DNA of 64,000 nucleotides from Vicugna vicugna (lineage: Eukaryota), in contig MU058636.1 in assembly GCA_013265495.1 (NCBI GenBank), forward strand, positions 7,208,295-7,272,294, read 5' to 3'. This document shows, in pieces, positions 27,480-41,241 of the stretch. Position numbers and translations under genes: made by a program. Below the pieces are notes generated by a model. It was not told the origin of the DNA, did not search any database, and saw nothing but the letters and a program-made list of their open reading frames with translations. Numbering within the stretch: position 1 is the first letter of the stretch; each line of letters starts with the position of its first letter.

Positions 27480-28330
27480 CTGGGTCTAGGAGTCATGTCC
27501 CAACATTGTCATTTCCTGGCCTTTGGGTTCTGGGCTCATTTCTTGGTAACTGTCTAGCATGGTTGTGAGAATTCAGTAAGGCTGTGCCTGGGAAGGCACT
27601 GAACATACGGCTGGGGGACAGTAGGTGTTTCATAAATGTTCACTGGATTTCAAGTAAAATCATTTTCACCTTGTGAAATATTTTCTCTCCTCTGAATCTC
27701 TGACTATGAAGATGCATTTAAACAAGGGTACAAGAAAACAGCCATTCATTGTGGTGGGAACATAGATTGATAGAACTTTTACGGGGAGTAATTTTACCAC
27801 ATGGGTCAAACATATTAAAAATAGATAAGCTCTCTGTCCCAGCAATTCCGATTTGAGGAATTTACACTAAGGAAATGGTGGATCTGCACGAAGATTCTGC
27901 CCACTGAAGCCATGTTTGTATTCATTGTTCATCAGTAGGGAGTGATTAAAAGGATCACGATACATCCATAAAAAGAATAGTATCAGCTCTTTTAGAAAGC
28001 TTTTATAGAAGCATATTGAGTGAAAGCATGACACACACGACATTTTAATTGAGAAAAAAAGGCTGTAGTTGATACTCATTGTGGTAGTGGCCGTGAGTAG
28101 AATGTATTTGCAAGTGGGTGGAGATCAGGACTTCAGTTTTTAATTAGACAAGATTGATTTTTGTCTATTAAATATCCTGTTTTGGCAATAGACTGGAAGG
28201 ATATATGCTGAAGTTCTCACTGTGGTGGAATTTTTTCCCTCTTTTTTGGCTTTACCCATAAGGTCCAATTACCAACAATAAACATGCATTCCTTTTATTT
28301 AAAAAATCATTTTTGATGTACTTAATCTTT
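27480..28330 (+). mobile_element. MIR followed by degenerate L1ME
   Basis: ggttgtgagaattcagtaag...gtaggtgttttcataaatgtt and cattgtggtgggaacatagattg...cccagcaattccgatttgaggaattta. Confidence 0.55.
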
Positions 28331-29344
28331 AGAGCAATAAAATTGTAACTCGAGTAGCCACTCCCCTTTGGGGGTGATACGTCCTCACTGGCTTGATGTG
28401 GTCTCATTTTTATGTTTGTGGCATCTGGGATTTCTAATGTTAATGATACAGCCATTTTAACTGTCAAGTGAAGAATGTCAACTCAGAACAACTTCCTAGT
28501 TTGGGGCCTGGGTCTGTTGAAATTGTTGCCCAAAAGATGTTCCTAATCTCCTTTCCAGTTCCACATACGCAAACGTTTAATTAACACCTCTCTTGAGTGT
28601 TAACTGATCAGTGCAGTTCTGATTTGTAGCCTTGGCACATCAAAATGGTGTCTGTCAGTTGGAGAATCAGCCTGTGTTGACTTTTCTCTCCTCAGGGTTA
28701 ACATTTGTTTGCAGGATGTCTTTTCTCCAAAACTATTAAAAGTCAAGTTTATGCTAATTAAATAAACAACCCCTAAGTTGATGGGGGTGGTGGGCCTAAC
28801 ACACCCACTCTTTGTACATTATTGATGAATGCTCATCACTGGTGAACTTTAGCCAATGTACAGACACCGTAACTGTAGTTTCTTAAAATATTTTAATGTA
28901 GAACCTAGAGTCCTTTATAACACTTGAAGGCTTTCTCTTCTTCATGGAAAAATCCAGTTGCTTACTAAGGCAGTCTTCTTCTCTCCAGTCCTCCATCCTT
29001 TTGCCCCAAAACATTCGTTTAGCATTTTTTTTTTTTAGGCACAGGGCTAAGTGCTCCAGAGAAAAACATGGGGGAGAGAAGATCAGCTCTCCCAAGAAGT
29101 TCCAGTGTGGTGAGACAGGCCTGCAAATACATAATTGCCCTGCAAACACAAAGCAGAAGTGACCCAGTTTACTCACTGGGGTGGAGGTGGGCGTGGTTGG
29201 CAAAGACATCACCCGGAACAGACATGTGCTAGTGGGTCTTACAGGATAAGTGGAACTTGACCAAAGGGAGGAGGAGGCACCAGGGAAAGGGAGGGGCACA
29301 GGCAGCAGGTGAAGCAGGAGAGAGAGAAAAGTCATAAAACGTCT

Positions 29345-30275
29345 TAATTTTTAAAAAATAACAGCTTTACCAAGATATAGTTGTTTCAACCAAGTGCAGT
29401 GGCATTTCAGTGTCCATTGTCTCTGGCCCTTCCTGGGGCTGCCCCTTGGGACCCAGGTGTCATGGACATGAAGGAACAGTTACCAGTTGTGCAAAAGCCC
29501 CCTGGCTCGAATCAGCTGGTGCACTTGGCAGGGCTAGGAAGTTCTCTTTCATTTTACATATCATAGGAGTTACCCTTTTAAAGTGCGTGGTTCAGGAGTT
29601 TTTAGTATGTTCACAGCATTGTGCAACTACCACTACTTGCATCATTTTAGAACATGTTCATCATTTCCAAAAGAAAACCGACACCTGTATGCGGTATCTA
29701 CTTTCTGGCTCTATGGATTTGCCTATTCTGGACATTTCGTATAAATGGAATCATACACTATGTGGCTTTTGGTAACTAGCTTCTTTTACTCAGTGTAATG
29801 TTCTCAAGGTTCCCCCATGTCATAGCATGAATCAGTACTTCATATCCTATTATGACAGAATGCTATTCCATTGCATGGATATACTATCTTGTATTTATCC
29901 ATTGAAAAGTTGATCACATTTGGATTGTTCTCATTTTTTGGCTACTATGAATTATACTGTGGTGAACTTTGTACATAGGTTTTGTGTGGACATATGTTTC
30001 CAGTTTTCTTGGATGTGTACCTACGAGCCGAGTTTCTGGGTCCTGTAGTAACTCTATGTTTAACAATTTGATGAACTGTCAAATTGTTTTTGAAAGTGGA
30101 TGCACCATTTTAAAATCCCACCAGCAGTGTATGAGGGTTCTAACTTCTCTACATCCTTGTCAACACTTGTTACTGTCTGCCTTTTTTATTTTAGCCATCC
30201 TAGTGTGTGTGTGAAACGGCATCTCATTGACGTTTCCGTTTGTGCTACCCTGAGTAGTGATGTTGAGTCTTCATG
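29345..30275 (-). mobile_element. L1MB/MC 3' end, interrupted by a non-L1 insert at ~29382-29551
   Basis: aaaataacagctttaccaagatatag | tttacatatcata...ttttaaagtg...tctatggatttgcctattctggacatttcgtataaatggaatcatacac...aaatcccaccagcagtgtatgagggttc. Confidence 0.88.
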
Positions 30276-30599
30276 GACTTTTATATTCATTCCTCTCTCT
30301 CAATGTGTCTGTCTTTTGGATATACAATTAAATACATAATTAGCTTTTTCATACATAAATGCTTCTCTGGGTTTTAAAAGAGAGAACACAACTAACTCAT
30401 TCCCTTCCAGCCAGTCTTATCTTTGGCCTTCCATTCTCAACCAAAGCTCTCTGAAGAGTCAACGATATTGGTCTGGCCTTATTTTCCTACTCTACCCTCA
30501 TCTGACCACAGACCACCACATCGCACAACTCCAGGTGGCACTACTCACTTAGAATCTATGGGATTGGTGCGCCTTAAAGCGGTGTGATAGTTGCTATTC

Positions 30600-32100
30600 T
30601 GTGCCTCTCTCCCCATTCCCTTTGCAATCTAGCTTCCAGGACTCATCATTGTTTGGAAACTGTACCTCCCTATAAGGCAGAGCTTCCCAGCTGCTCCTTG
30701 GTGTGCTGAGAATAAGCTCCTGGTGGGCCAGACTAATGAGCCCTTACTCTTCAGGGCAGTCAGGTGGGTCTTGGAAAGCTAGAGCTTCTGGGCTGGTTGC
30801 ATCTGGCCCTGGGAAGCCTTGCCTGGTTACCTTGATATCAGACAGAGATCATTTTCCATTCTGCTGTGACAAAGGGTTGAGAAGTACTGCTAAGGTAAAT
30901 AATAACCTTCATATTGCTAAATCCAGCAGACTGTTGTTTTTTGTAAGTCTTCAGTGTACTCTCTACCCTTCATTTTCACAATGCAGCCCCCTCCTGGGGA
31001 CTTCCTGCTTCTCCAGCTGCTTCTTTGTCTCTCCCCTTGTGTATTTCCTCCTCTACCCGATCGCTGTAGGTTGCAGTTCCTCAGGGCTCAGTCCTAGACC
31101 CTCTCCTCTTACTCCACACTCCTCTCAGGCTTTCTCATCCAACAGTTAGTTCCTATATAGAGACAGCGTAAGAATTATGTCTCCCCTGGGCTCCAGACTA
31201 GCATGTCCTACTGCAGGCTCGAAGTGTCTCGGATGTGTCAAAGTCACCTCAGAAAGGACATGCCTGAAATTAAGCTCAGCATCCTCGCCTGCTCCTCCAG
31301 CTGGCTCTCTTCCAGAGTTCCCTAACCCGGGGGATGGGAGGGACCATTATCCACTCCCGTAAGCAAGAAAGCTGAACTCATCTGTGACAACTCTTGCTCA
31401 AACCCCTCATGCCCAAATCCTGTTAAGAACAGCTCCTAAACATCCCTGTTCCCCACCTCCGCTATCACTACCAGAGTGGATCTACTCTGTCTTCTATCTG
31501 TGCAGCTCTATCCTCTCAGCCCACCCTCTTAGAGTGCCATGCTATTGCCAGAGTAATGTTTTTGAAGTGAAAATCTGATCCCATCACCACCACCAGCTCT
31601 TACTTAAAACCCACCAGTTCCTCTGGGGATGAGAGGAAACAGTGGTTTCCCCTATCAGACCCACTGGCCTGCCCATCTTTCCTCCTCCACACTGGCTGGA
31701 TTTCAGTCTCTTGGTTTAGTGTGCCTCTTTGCACCCCTGCAGCTTTGTACAAACTGTTCGCCAAAATGCTCTTTACCCTCTTCTTTGCCTAGTTAACTCT
31801 CACTCAGCCTTCTATTCTCAGCTCCAGAAGCCTTCTCTGACCACCCCATCTCCATCAAATTCCCCTACCAGGTTCTCTCATTTATAACCTCTTCCGTTTG
31901 GAATAATACTCATCACAGTTGAAAAGTTATTTGTGCAATTATTTGGTTAATGTTTCTCCACCACTAGATGACAAACTTCAGGAACCAGGGTGTTGACTTA
32001 TTTGGTTTTCTATTCTATACTCAGTACCAGACATAATGCCTGGTGCATCACAGATGCTTAAGTACTCTTTGTGGAATGAATGAATGAATGAATGAATGCC
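30600..32100 (+). mobile_element. L2 LINE 3' region ending in (GAAT)n
   Basis: ttcatattgctaaatcca...cctcagggctcagtcctagaccctctcct...cataatgcctggtgcatcacagatgctt...gaatgaatgaatgaatgaatgaatg. Confidence 0.75.
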
Positions 32101-32129
32101 ATCCTAAGTACGCTGCAGTTTATCCTGTG

Positions 32130-32525
32130 GGTGGAATCCAGGCAGAAAAATAAGATGGTTTGAATTTTAAAAAGAAAGCTCATTCAGCAGTTCTGAGACA
32201 GGACAGACAGGGCTTGAAAGGACCCGTTTGAAACCTATCAGTTGAGAAATAGTACAATTGAAAAATAATGAGAACCCAAACCAAGGAAGTACCAGTAGGA
32301 TTGAAGAGTAGGGAGTGGGCATGATGATGCTTAGAAAATTGAATGGATGGAGCTCTGTGACTCATTGAGGTGGCTGCCTGGTTGGAGGGGAGTGCGCCAG
32401 CTAATCCAGGGTTCACAGGGGCGGAACTTGTTTGGAGCAAGAGAGAGTGGGCGGAGTTTTGGACTTGGTGCAATTCGAGGTCTGTATGAGACACGCATGG
32501 AGAGATCGCTAATAGGCAGCCTGAT
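32130..32525 (-). mobile_element. L2 fragment
   Basis: ttgaattttaaaaag...gagaaatagtacaattg...gagttttggacttggtgcaattcgaggtctgtatgagac. Confidence 0.6.
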
Positions 32526-32781
32526 ATTTTCAGCCCTTCTTACAGTGGCTTCTTCTCAGCCTGTTAACAAGATCTAAGTTCATTCTTTTAAAAACAGAGC
32601 ACTTCTTGAAGCCTTATCGCCCTTTAATTACTCCTCTTCTTAACAAAATGTCCTAGAAAGGACAGGGGACACATGCTCTGTCTACATGTGCTTACGTCTT
32701 GTTCACCCTTCTGCTCTCTGCTCTCTTGGCATCTCTGAAACTGTTTTCAGTAAGGCTCCCAGAAGCCGAACCTGCACCCCG

Positions 32782-33326
32782 TGAGACTAACTATGCTGAT
32801 AGACGGTGTCAGACTATTTGTTAACTAGAGCTTTGACTCACTCCCGCAGCAGCAAGCCCAGGAAACCAATCCTTTTATATGCAATGGGCAGCCCAGGAAG
32901 CCAGCCTGTTGTAAGGCAGACCTTTCAGAAGCACCAGCTTGCTATCCTCAGTGACATTTCAGGAAGCTAAAAGCAACGTCTGTAGTAATCATCCCCCAAT
33001 GGCCAGGACTTGATTAGTGACTGGCAGCTTCCCTATTTTTGTCCCTGCTTCTAACTTAGGACCAACTAGAAAACGCCAAATATGGATCTCTAACCAACCC
33101 CATAGGATGCCCCACTTCTAGTTCATCCACCTACAGCTTCCCCAGGCCAACAGCCTCCAATCAGGGCACCCTGAAGGCTTCTCTTTTCTACTTGTGAGCT
33201 TTCCCACTCCTCCACTTGCTCTGAGTCCCTGCCAAAACTCAAGAGGTGGTGGCTGCCTCCCTTGCTATAGCAAGCACAGAATAAATACACTTTGCTTTTC
33301 TTATATGGTTGGTCTTTACATCCACA
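32782..33326 (+). mobile_element. ERV solo LTR (MER89/MER90/MER110-like) inserted in an L2
   Basis: TG...CA ends; cagcctccaatcagggcacc; gagtccctgccaaaactcaagaggtggtggctgcctcccttgctatagcaagcacagAATAAA. Subfamily uncertain. Confidence 0.65.
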
Positions 33327-33329
33327 GTC

Positions 33330-34060
33330 TTTCACTTTTTATCTTAGGAATTCATTCAGCTGCATTTAATACTACTCATCACTCTCTCCTTGAAATCCTC
33401 TCTCCCCTGGCTCCTGAGCCCCCAACTTCTGGTCCATATGTCTGTGACATCTTTGCTTCCTTCAGGACCTCTGGTGCTAGAGGGTCCCGGGTTCCCTCCT
33501 CAGTCCTCTTCTCTACTTCCGTTCACAACTCTCCTTGGTGATGGCATCTACTCTCTAAGATTTCAGATACCACTTTTTGCTCCACTCCCACACCCCTGTG
33601 TGCAGCCCAGCCTTGTTCTCACTGGTTGTCCCCTTTTGGATGCTCCATGATTCCCTAAACTCAACATACCCAAAACCAAATTCATCCCCCACCCTGGTAG
33701 GCTCCCTCTCTCCTCATCCCTCCACTGTCCTGCCACACTCACCAAATCACCCAAGAGAAGTAAAGAGATTCTGCTCATTAATTTGGCCTTCTAAACATTT
33801 CCTCAGTGCATGTCTTCCCTCCTCTCCCTTCCTATTGCCATCGCCCAAGTGAGGACTTCACTGTCTCTTCCTAAAATATTGCCAGTCCCTTAATGGGTTT
33901 TCCCATTGCCAGTTTTGTCACCTTTCAAACAAGCCTTGACTCATAACAGAATCATCTTTTACAAGCACACGTTTCAACAATCCTTCCCTAAACCCCTTCA
34001 GTGCCTTCAGTATTTAATAAGGCACACAGGTCCCCACGATGTCCTCATCAGCCACATTTC
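33330..34060 (+). mobile_element. L2 LINE fragment
   Basis: cagctgcattta...ctctctccttgaaatcctctctcccctgg...cctaaactcaacatacccaaaaccaaattc. Confidence 0.7.
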
Positions 34061-35144
34061 CTGCCACACAAGGCTTGGAACGGGATGTCCCAAGCAGACA
34101 CACTGCACTGTGGTGCCCCCCGTGTCTTTACAGTGATGTGAGTGTGCTCCCAGCTGGGGGCACAGCTCTGCTGCTGGTCTCACTAGCATCCTCATAGGTG
34201 ACCCTGGTCTTAGCTTGGAGTCCTTAGAGAACGTTCATGGCAAGCGGTCTGACTCCTGTGATGAGACCTCTCCTCAGGTAGCTGCCAGCAGGAGGGCTGT
34301 GCTGGACTGACTTAGCAGTGCTCCACGAACGTCAGCGTTCTCTTTCTTGCAAGCCCTCGTTTATACTTGGCTTTCAGGTATGACTGAAACCAAAAGCATC
34401 TGCGGGAAAACCCCCACACACAAAACGAGTCCCTGCTCATACTTACAAATCTGGCCCTTTCCCTCCTGTGACCCCATCACCAGATAGGGGGGCCCAGCGG
34501 GCTCCCTCCACTCTCCAGAGACATGTCGTCGAGTGTCCCAGCAGGCCTCCTGCTGTCAGCCGAACCAACAGGAAGAAAGAAAGTCAATATCGAGTGCAGC
34601 TGGCTGATTGTTAAAGCTGGACTCGGGTGGAAGAAAGATAATGGTCTGGTGATTTCACACGTAAACATTTTTAAGATGCCAATAGCCAGCGCGCAGCCTT
34701 TCACATCAGATATCTGTGAAGCGCATCAGCGTTAAGGGGAGGCAGGGAGACAGGACACTCCCGCCCGGAACTGAAGATCTAGGAGCTGGTACTGGAGAAA
34801 GGAGCGCCTCATTTTCCAAGTGCCAGATCATGCCTTCCTGATTTACGGCAAGACTTTTGAGGCTGACTACTCAAATCTAAAGTTACTGCAGCTGCCTCCC
34901 GTGCCGGTGGCAAATGATGAAGTGGATGACAGGGTAGGAGAGTAAACAGAGCCCTAGGAGGCCGGCGCAGGCCAGGAACGAGGTCCCAAGTTACAGCAGA
35001 CTATTAGGACTGACTCTGGGGAGGGGGGGGATCATGGATCATCTTGACGGGGGAGTAGTAAGATGGCAAACACTCGGAGACAATCAGCTGCCCACAGCAG
35101 GAGTGCATGACACGGGCTCATGTTTTTCAATCACCAAGTCCCCA

Positions 35145-35300
35145 CCGCATATACATACATCTATACACACAGCACATGCACACCATGCACATATGCACAC
35201 CACACACATACACACAGCACACGTTCACACCATACACACAGGCACACACACACACACCCTGCACACCACACATACCACTCACCCCCCACACACACACTTT
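35145..35300. repeat. CA-rich low-complexity repeat
   Basis: Degenerate (CA)n/(CACCA)n run. Confidence 0.85.
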
Positions 35301-38300
35301 TAGGTTAACTAGGCGGCAACACCACTAGGGACGCTCGTAGCAGCCCCTCCCCGGGGACCGCGGAGTGGGGATCGGAGCTTGCTACCTGCAGCGGCACAGA
35401 AGCAGCGGTGATGCCGGGTCTGAGCTCTTAAAGCTAGATCCTGATGCAGTGGCCCTTAGAACGGGAGAGCTCTGTCTCTGCACCGCAGGTTCACTGGCTC
35501 GTGGCGTTTGTGATGAGTTACGGCACTGGGGACACTTCTCAGGACGTATTCATGACCCGCAGGTCAGGAAACAGCAAACAGCCTGCCCATCTACTGTGCT
35601 TTGACTTCCTCAAAATGGTATCTGTTCCTCAAATAGGGGACACATACCTCTCTCGTGAAAGGTAACTTTCTTGGAAGTGATTCCCCCATCTCCAGACTTT
35701 AAGAGGCTTGGTGGAGGCCAAGGCCAGAGTTTGCCCGGAGGCCAGTCCGGATTTAGGGCCACATTAAGGAAAAGTGAAACCTTGAGCATTTATGGTGGAG
35801 ACGCAGGCAGCAGATGTGGCTCTGGGGATGGGAACGGGCTGGAGCCTGGGACTGAACGTGGCCGTGGTGAGGTTTATGGGGTTGTTTTGCTAACAGCGGC
35901 GCCGGAGCCTGAGGAAGGAGGCCTGACTTGGCCCCCAGAGCCCCTGGCCTTTCTTCCGCCTGTCCTTTAGAGCGAGCCCTGCTGACAGGTTTGGGACAGA
36001 GCTGAGTGGGAGAATCTTAATGGCGACTAATGGGAGTAGCCCCTTAGGTCCAAGGGCATCCTCTGCTGCTGGGCTTGGGGTGAGAGGGGCTCACAGAGGC
36101 TCTGGTCAGCTGACCCGAAAGAGATCTGAGGCTCAGCAGAGAGTAGACCTCCCCCCAGCAGCTCAGTCACCCCACTGGTGGGTCTTCACTCTCTTTTGTG
36201 AATGCGCCGCTGGGCATTCTGGGACCCGATCACCTGGGCAGCATCTGTCTCTGCCCTTTACTCCGCCGTAGCTGCCTTTGGTGTGTTTCCTCAGACATTT
36301 TTGGTACAAACATGTTGAGAGAGGAAGGCCCTGTTGGGAGAGGGCCCTGAGGCAGAGGGATGAAGGCACATGTACTCATCAACAACATTTTTGCAGAAAA
36401 GCACACCCAGGTGTGGGCGATTCGGGAAAACCCACAAAACCACCGGGCAGGAGAGGCGCCTTGAGAGAATCAGCAGATGCAAGTGTTGGAATGAGGTCTC
36501 CCTCCCAACCCATGGAGGAAATGTTCCGTTTTCCAATTTAAAAAACCAGTGTGAACCTTCCTCTACAGCCGAATTAGAAACAATGGAAGCTATTGGTGAA
36601 GCTCAAAGGGTTTACTCGGCAGGAGAGCAGAGAACTTAGAAAACCTTGTGGAAAAAACCGAAACACCCACAGTGCTGAGAACAGAGGGGACCATGTCGAG
36701 GGAGGAAATTGAAAATGTCTGAGTTGGTTTGGGCCTTGATTTACCTGTTGAAAACGAGAGGATATTTCACATTCAGAACAATGTGCCCGCAATGATGAGT
36801 GCGCCGCTTCCTCAGAAGAATCCAGCAAATTAATAGGTAATTCTGATGGAATAACGAACCCGCTCTCAGGTGGAGCATTAATTATCACCCTGCTGCTGGG
36901 AAGAGTGATAATGTGGATTTGACCGGGAAGGAGGAGAGAGAGCTATTTTCAGGGTCAGTGGATTTCTCTTTTCTTTTCCTTTTTTTTTTTTTTTTAAAGT
37001 GAAGCCACATAGGAGAGAAGGATGTGATTTTTCCCTGTCAGCTGAGAAGCTTTGTGGCTTGGAGAGTCTGCTTCTGGTAGGAAAGGATTAACACGGGGCC
37101 TTGTTTGCACAAGGAGGCTGCCCCCTGCCATTGCCGTGAGGAACCTACTAGGATCCATGTTCTTCGGGGAAGTGTCCCTAATGTACCTTAAAGAGCCAGC
37201 CCCCCAGCTCTACTTCCTCCTTAACCAGCCCCAGGGCCCTGGCATCTGGGGCTGTTTTGTTTTAAAGTTTCCCCGCCCCATTCTGAGCATGCACACTGAG
37301 GAGATGGGCCAGCCCCCTTGCCTGTTCTCTGGCAGGACAGCTGAGGATCCGAGATCTCATCAGGGCCGACCTCGAGCCTCCATCTTACCAGTCCTGAGCT
37401 CCTCCACATTCTCTAAGTATGTCCCCATGGCCTGAAATACATTCCTTCTTCTCTTGGCTGATTCCTGCTTCTCCTTCCACCCCTCCCTCAGGAGCACCCA
37501 TTCCGGGAAGCTTCCTCCGAATCCCCCCGCCCTCCTTCTCTGTTAGATGAGCTTCCAAAGTGCCTGCAAAGTAGCCCGTGCTCTCATCTGCCACAGCCCC
37601 GATCGTGTTGGGTGGCACCTCCCTAGTCACTGGCTTCCCTCACGGGACCGCAGTCATGGGCCAGGTGGTGGTGAGGTCTTTAATTGTGATCCCATGATTG
37701 ATCCCAGGATCCAGCCAAGGGACTGGCAGCTGATAGGAACTTGCTGGAAATGGGAGTAGGTGGCATGCCTGACGCCGGTGGCAGAGGGGGTCCCCCAAGG
37801 CTGAAAGTTCCGTCAGTAGTGCAGGCTCAGGGGAATGGGTCCTTTGAAGGGATCTTGAGAGTCAAGGGGAAATGGACAGTGAAGTGTGAGAGTTAGAACA
37901 TTCCTGGGAAACACTTCACCCCCTGCTTCCTGAAGAAATGCACTGATGGTGCCACTGGTGGGATCTTATTATTGATCCTGTCGCGGGGAGACCAGTCAGC
38001 TGGGTGGAGAGTGTGGAAGAGACCAGAGCCACATTAAATCTACATGGAGGTAGGTACTGTGATTTCCGCAGAGCACGTCCTTGCACTGGTTTTGAGGAAC
38101 ATACTGTGAGACATTAATATTCCTGCTTCCTTTTAGACTCTCAAATAACACAGTGGTCTTAAGACTGGGGCAGCTTTGATCTCAGCAGCTTTCATTTCTT
38201 CCCTTCCTCCCCCTCCTCTTTCCTTCCCTCCTTTTCCTCCTTCTAGGGGCTTTCTAAGGATGACACATGAATATACTAATTGTTGTAATAGAGCAGGTCA

Positions 38301-40196
38301 CAGATGCATTTGCACGTGACTGACGGTTGGCTTGCAGACAGGCTCATAGTCTACACATGCTGCGAGGGCCGATCTCAGGCTGGTGGGGATGCCTCGCCCC
38401 TGACAAACTGGAGTTAAGCCATCTGTGAGTGATAAATCAGGCACCCCAACCCATGGACATCCGGAGAAGATTTCTCACTAGGTCTGAGATTCTTAAGAAC
38501 AGGAATTGTGTCTTGTTCGTTTTGACCTCCACAGCGCGTCACTGAGAGTAGGTCCTTGATGATGCTTGTTTCATAAACGTGTTCGTCTACCACAGTGGTA
38601 CATGGTATGCGAATTACAAATGGCAGAGAGGACTCTAGGAGGCCTTCTACGTCAGAGGCCAGGAGCGAGGCCAAGAGTATCACAGGGTGTGCACCACGAA
38701 TGGGCAGATGGTAAACACACATCCTCAAGTGAGAGGACCCATGTAGCCATAACCACCAGGTCTCATTGGATGTGACGTCTGTGTTATCTGAACCCTGGAC
38801 TGGCAGTCTCAGGACAGAGCAAACTTTCTCACTAGAGACACATTTCGTGTCTTTAAAGCCTTCTGATCTACTGCGGAAATAAAAATGGACAACAAAGTTT
38901 CCCTTTTCTTTTCTAAGCCCTTCCATGGCCTTGGCACTTATTCAAGACACATTTGAATGAATGATCTGGATGTGCAGGCAAGCTGGCAGGGACATCTGTC
39001 ACAGAGCTGGCGGCCAGCATGGATTTGGCTGGTCCAGCTGGCTGGGCGGGGTTCCCGTCTTCCCCTGGTGCCCCTTCTGGAGCTGGGGAAGCTGGCTACC
39101 TTCTAAGCTAGAATAAAGCCTTTCTCCTATTTAAGGAGATGTCATAAGAAATTTCCCAGGATGCTTCTTTGCCTGGTTTATGTTCCCCATTTACCTCCAT
39201 ACGCATAACTTCCTGAACTGAACATGACGTCCCACCTTTCAAAGTCTTGGAAGGCCTTTCTCCCAGTTTCCGGATGTGAAAGTTTTATCATCTTCAATCC
39301 CACAGTTGCTGGTGTTTGATGTTTCCCCGTCAGGGCATGTTTGTTGTTGTTGTTTGTTTGTTTGTTTGTTTTTTTCTGATGGGAGGTTTTTGGTAAAGCT
39401 GCCAACCTCATAAAACAAAGTAATGGTCCTCAGGAAGCAATCACTTTAGCTATTATTTTACAGAAATCTCCCTGAAAGCTTAGAAAGGACCCAGAAATTT
39501 CACTGCAGAGGAGCAAGAGGCAAAAGAGCAGCAGCACGTAGATGGCAGGGAAGGTGACTGCTGACTTTACAAGTGCTTGGAGATAATCTGGCACCTTCAT
39601 GGGAAACCAGGGGAACTGCAGTCACTTTTGCTGGACAACTTTTCAATCTCCTGGCATTGAACAACTCACAAAGAAGAGAACTTTTTTCCATTGCACAGCT
39701 TTGCAATTTTCTCTAAGGTCAATGCTGCACGTGGGATGCCTAATGGGACATCACTGTAAAAATGGCAGCTAATTACAGGTTAGTGGATAAAACAACACTC
39801 TTCTCTGGAGAGCTTGTGCATATAGGTTGAAGGATAAAACAGGGCTGAATGGTATTTGATTTCTGTGTGTTTATCTAAGTCACTGGCCCAGGCAGGAAGG
39901 TAATATAGGAAAAGGGACATTTCTGGAATAGTTGTTTTTGAATTATGCTCATGAAATATACACTCTGCTATGAGGACATGTGGGAAAGCTACTCTCTGAC
40001 CGCATGACTAATTCTTAAAGCCTTGCATAGAGAGAATTCCCCCCAAGAGCACAGCTGGGTTATCCCTTCGTGGACTGAATGTGTCAATTATGAATTGAAC
40101 TAAAATGAAATTTTACTCCGTGATGGCAAAGGGAACTGAGGAGTGGACACTGTAGCTATGGTATTATGTAGTAGTTCATACACCAAGTACTATTAT

Positions 40197-40202
40197 TTTA
40201 TT
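40197..40202 (-). terminator. Candidate distal polyadenylation signal AATAAA
   Basis: tttatt on + at 40197-40202, at the edge of the AT-rich UTR-like block. Confidence 0.55.
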
Positions 40203-40520
40203 AATTTTTAAGAACATGTTTTACATAAAAACAGGCAACATCAAAAAAGCTCAGTTGATAAATGAACATAATATATCACAGATGATTTCATCCACATTAA
40301 CCTACATTTATTAGCTTAAATTGAGAGATTAGGGGGAAAAATTGGATCTCATTCCAGCTTTAATCATGGATACAAATCGTTTGAAAGTTATTTCATTAAG
40401 ATTCTGAAAATCAAAGATTAACCTATACCATCTGATCCATGCAGCAATTGATAAATTCAGTATTTTCAAAGGAAACATTGAATTTTTTTCTTGCACCAGA
40501 TTGGAACCTTTCTGAAACTT

Positions 40521-41241
40521 GTTTAAATGCATCAAGTTCCGAGCCCACCTTTTCGGTAGCATGAGCAAAATACTATTTAATTTCACACTCAACTAATCCT
40601 TTAATAATTTTCTTTCAGCCAGAATGAAAAAGACTATTATTACTTTCCTAATAAAATTAAAAAAAAATAGTTATTGAGAATATGACTCTACCCTTGGACC
40701 AGTTTCAATTTCTTTTTATTTTTTTCTGAGAATACATCAAAGATTAATGTCAATGGCCAGAGAGAAATTGTGCCTTGAGAACTATTCAAGGTCTTTTTCT
40801 TACCACATTCGATGGGACTGGAATGAATTGACATTATAGCATCTTTATCATCACTTTTAAAATCCTACTTTCTCTTAATAAGTTTAAATGCATCAAGTTC
40901 CGAGCCCACCTTTTCGGTAGCATGAGCAAAATACTATTTAATTTCACACTCAACTAATCCTTTAATAATTTTCTTTCAGCCAGAATGAAAAAGACTATTA
41001 TTACTTTCCTAATAAAATTAAAAAAAAATAGTTATTGAGAATATGACTCTACCCTTGGACCAGTTTCAATTTCTTTTTATTTTTTTCTGAGAATACATCA
41101 AAGATTAATGTCAATGGCCAGAGAGAAATTGTGCCTTGAGAACTATTCAAGGTCTTTTTCTTACCACATTCGATGGGACTGGAATGAATTGACATTATAG
41201 CATCTTTATCATCACTTTTAAAATCCTACTTTCTCTTAATA
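40521..41241. repeat. Perfect tandem duplication, 2 x 360 bp
   Basis: 40521-40880 and 40882-41241 are identical by eye, including homopolymer lengths, and are separated by a single A. Confidence 0.97.

Noticed and set aside
35034..35328. His/Thr-rich ORFs
   Set aside because: Translation of a CA-rich low-complexity repeat.
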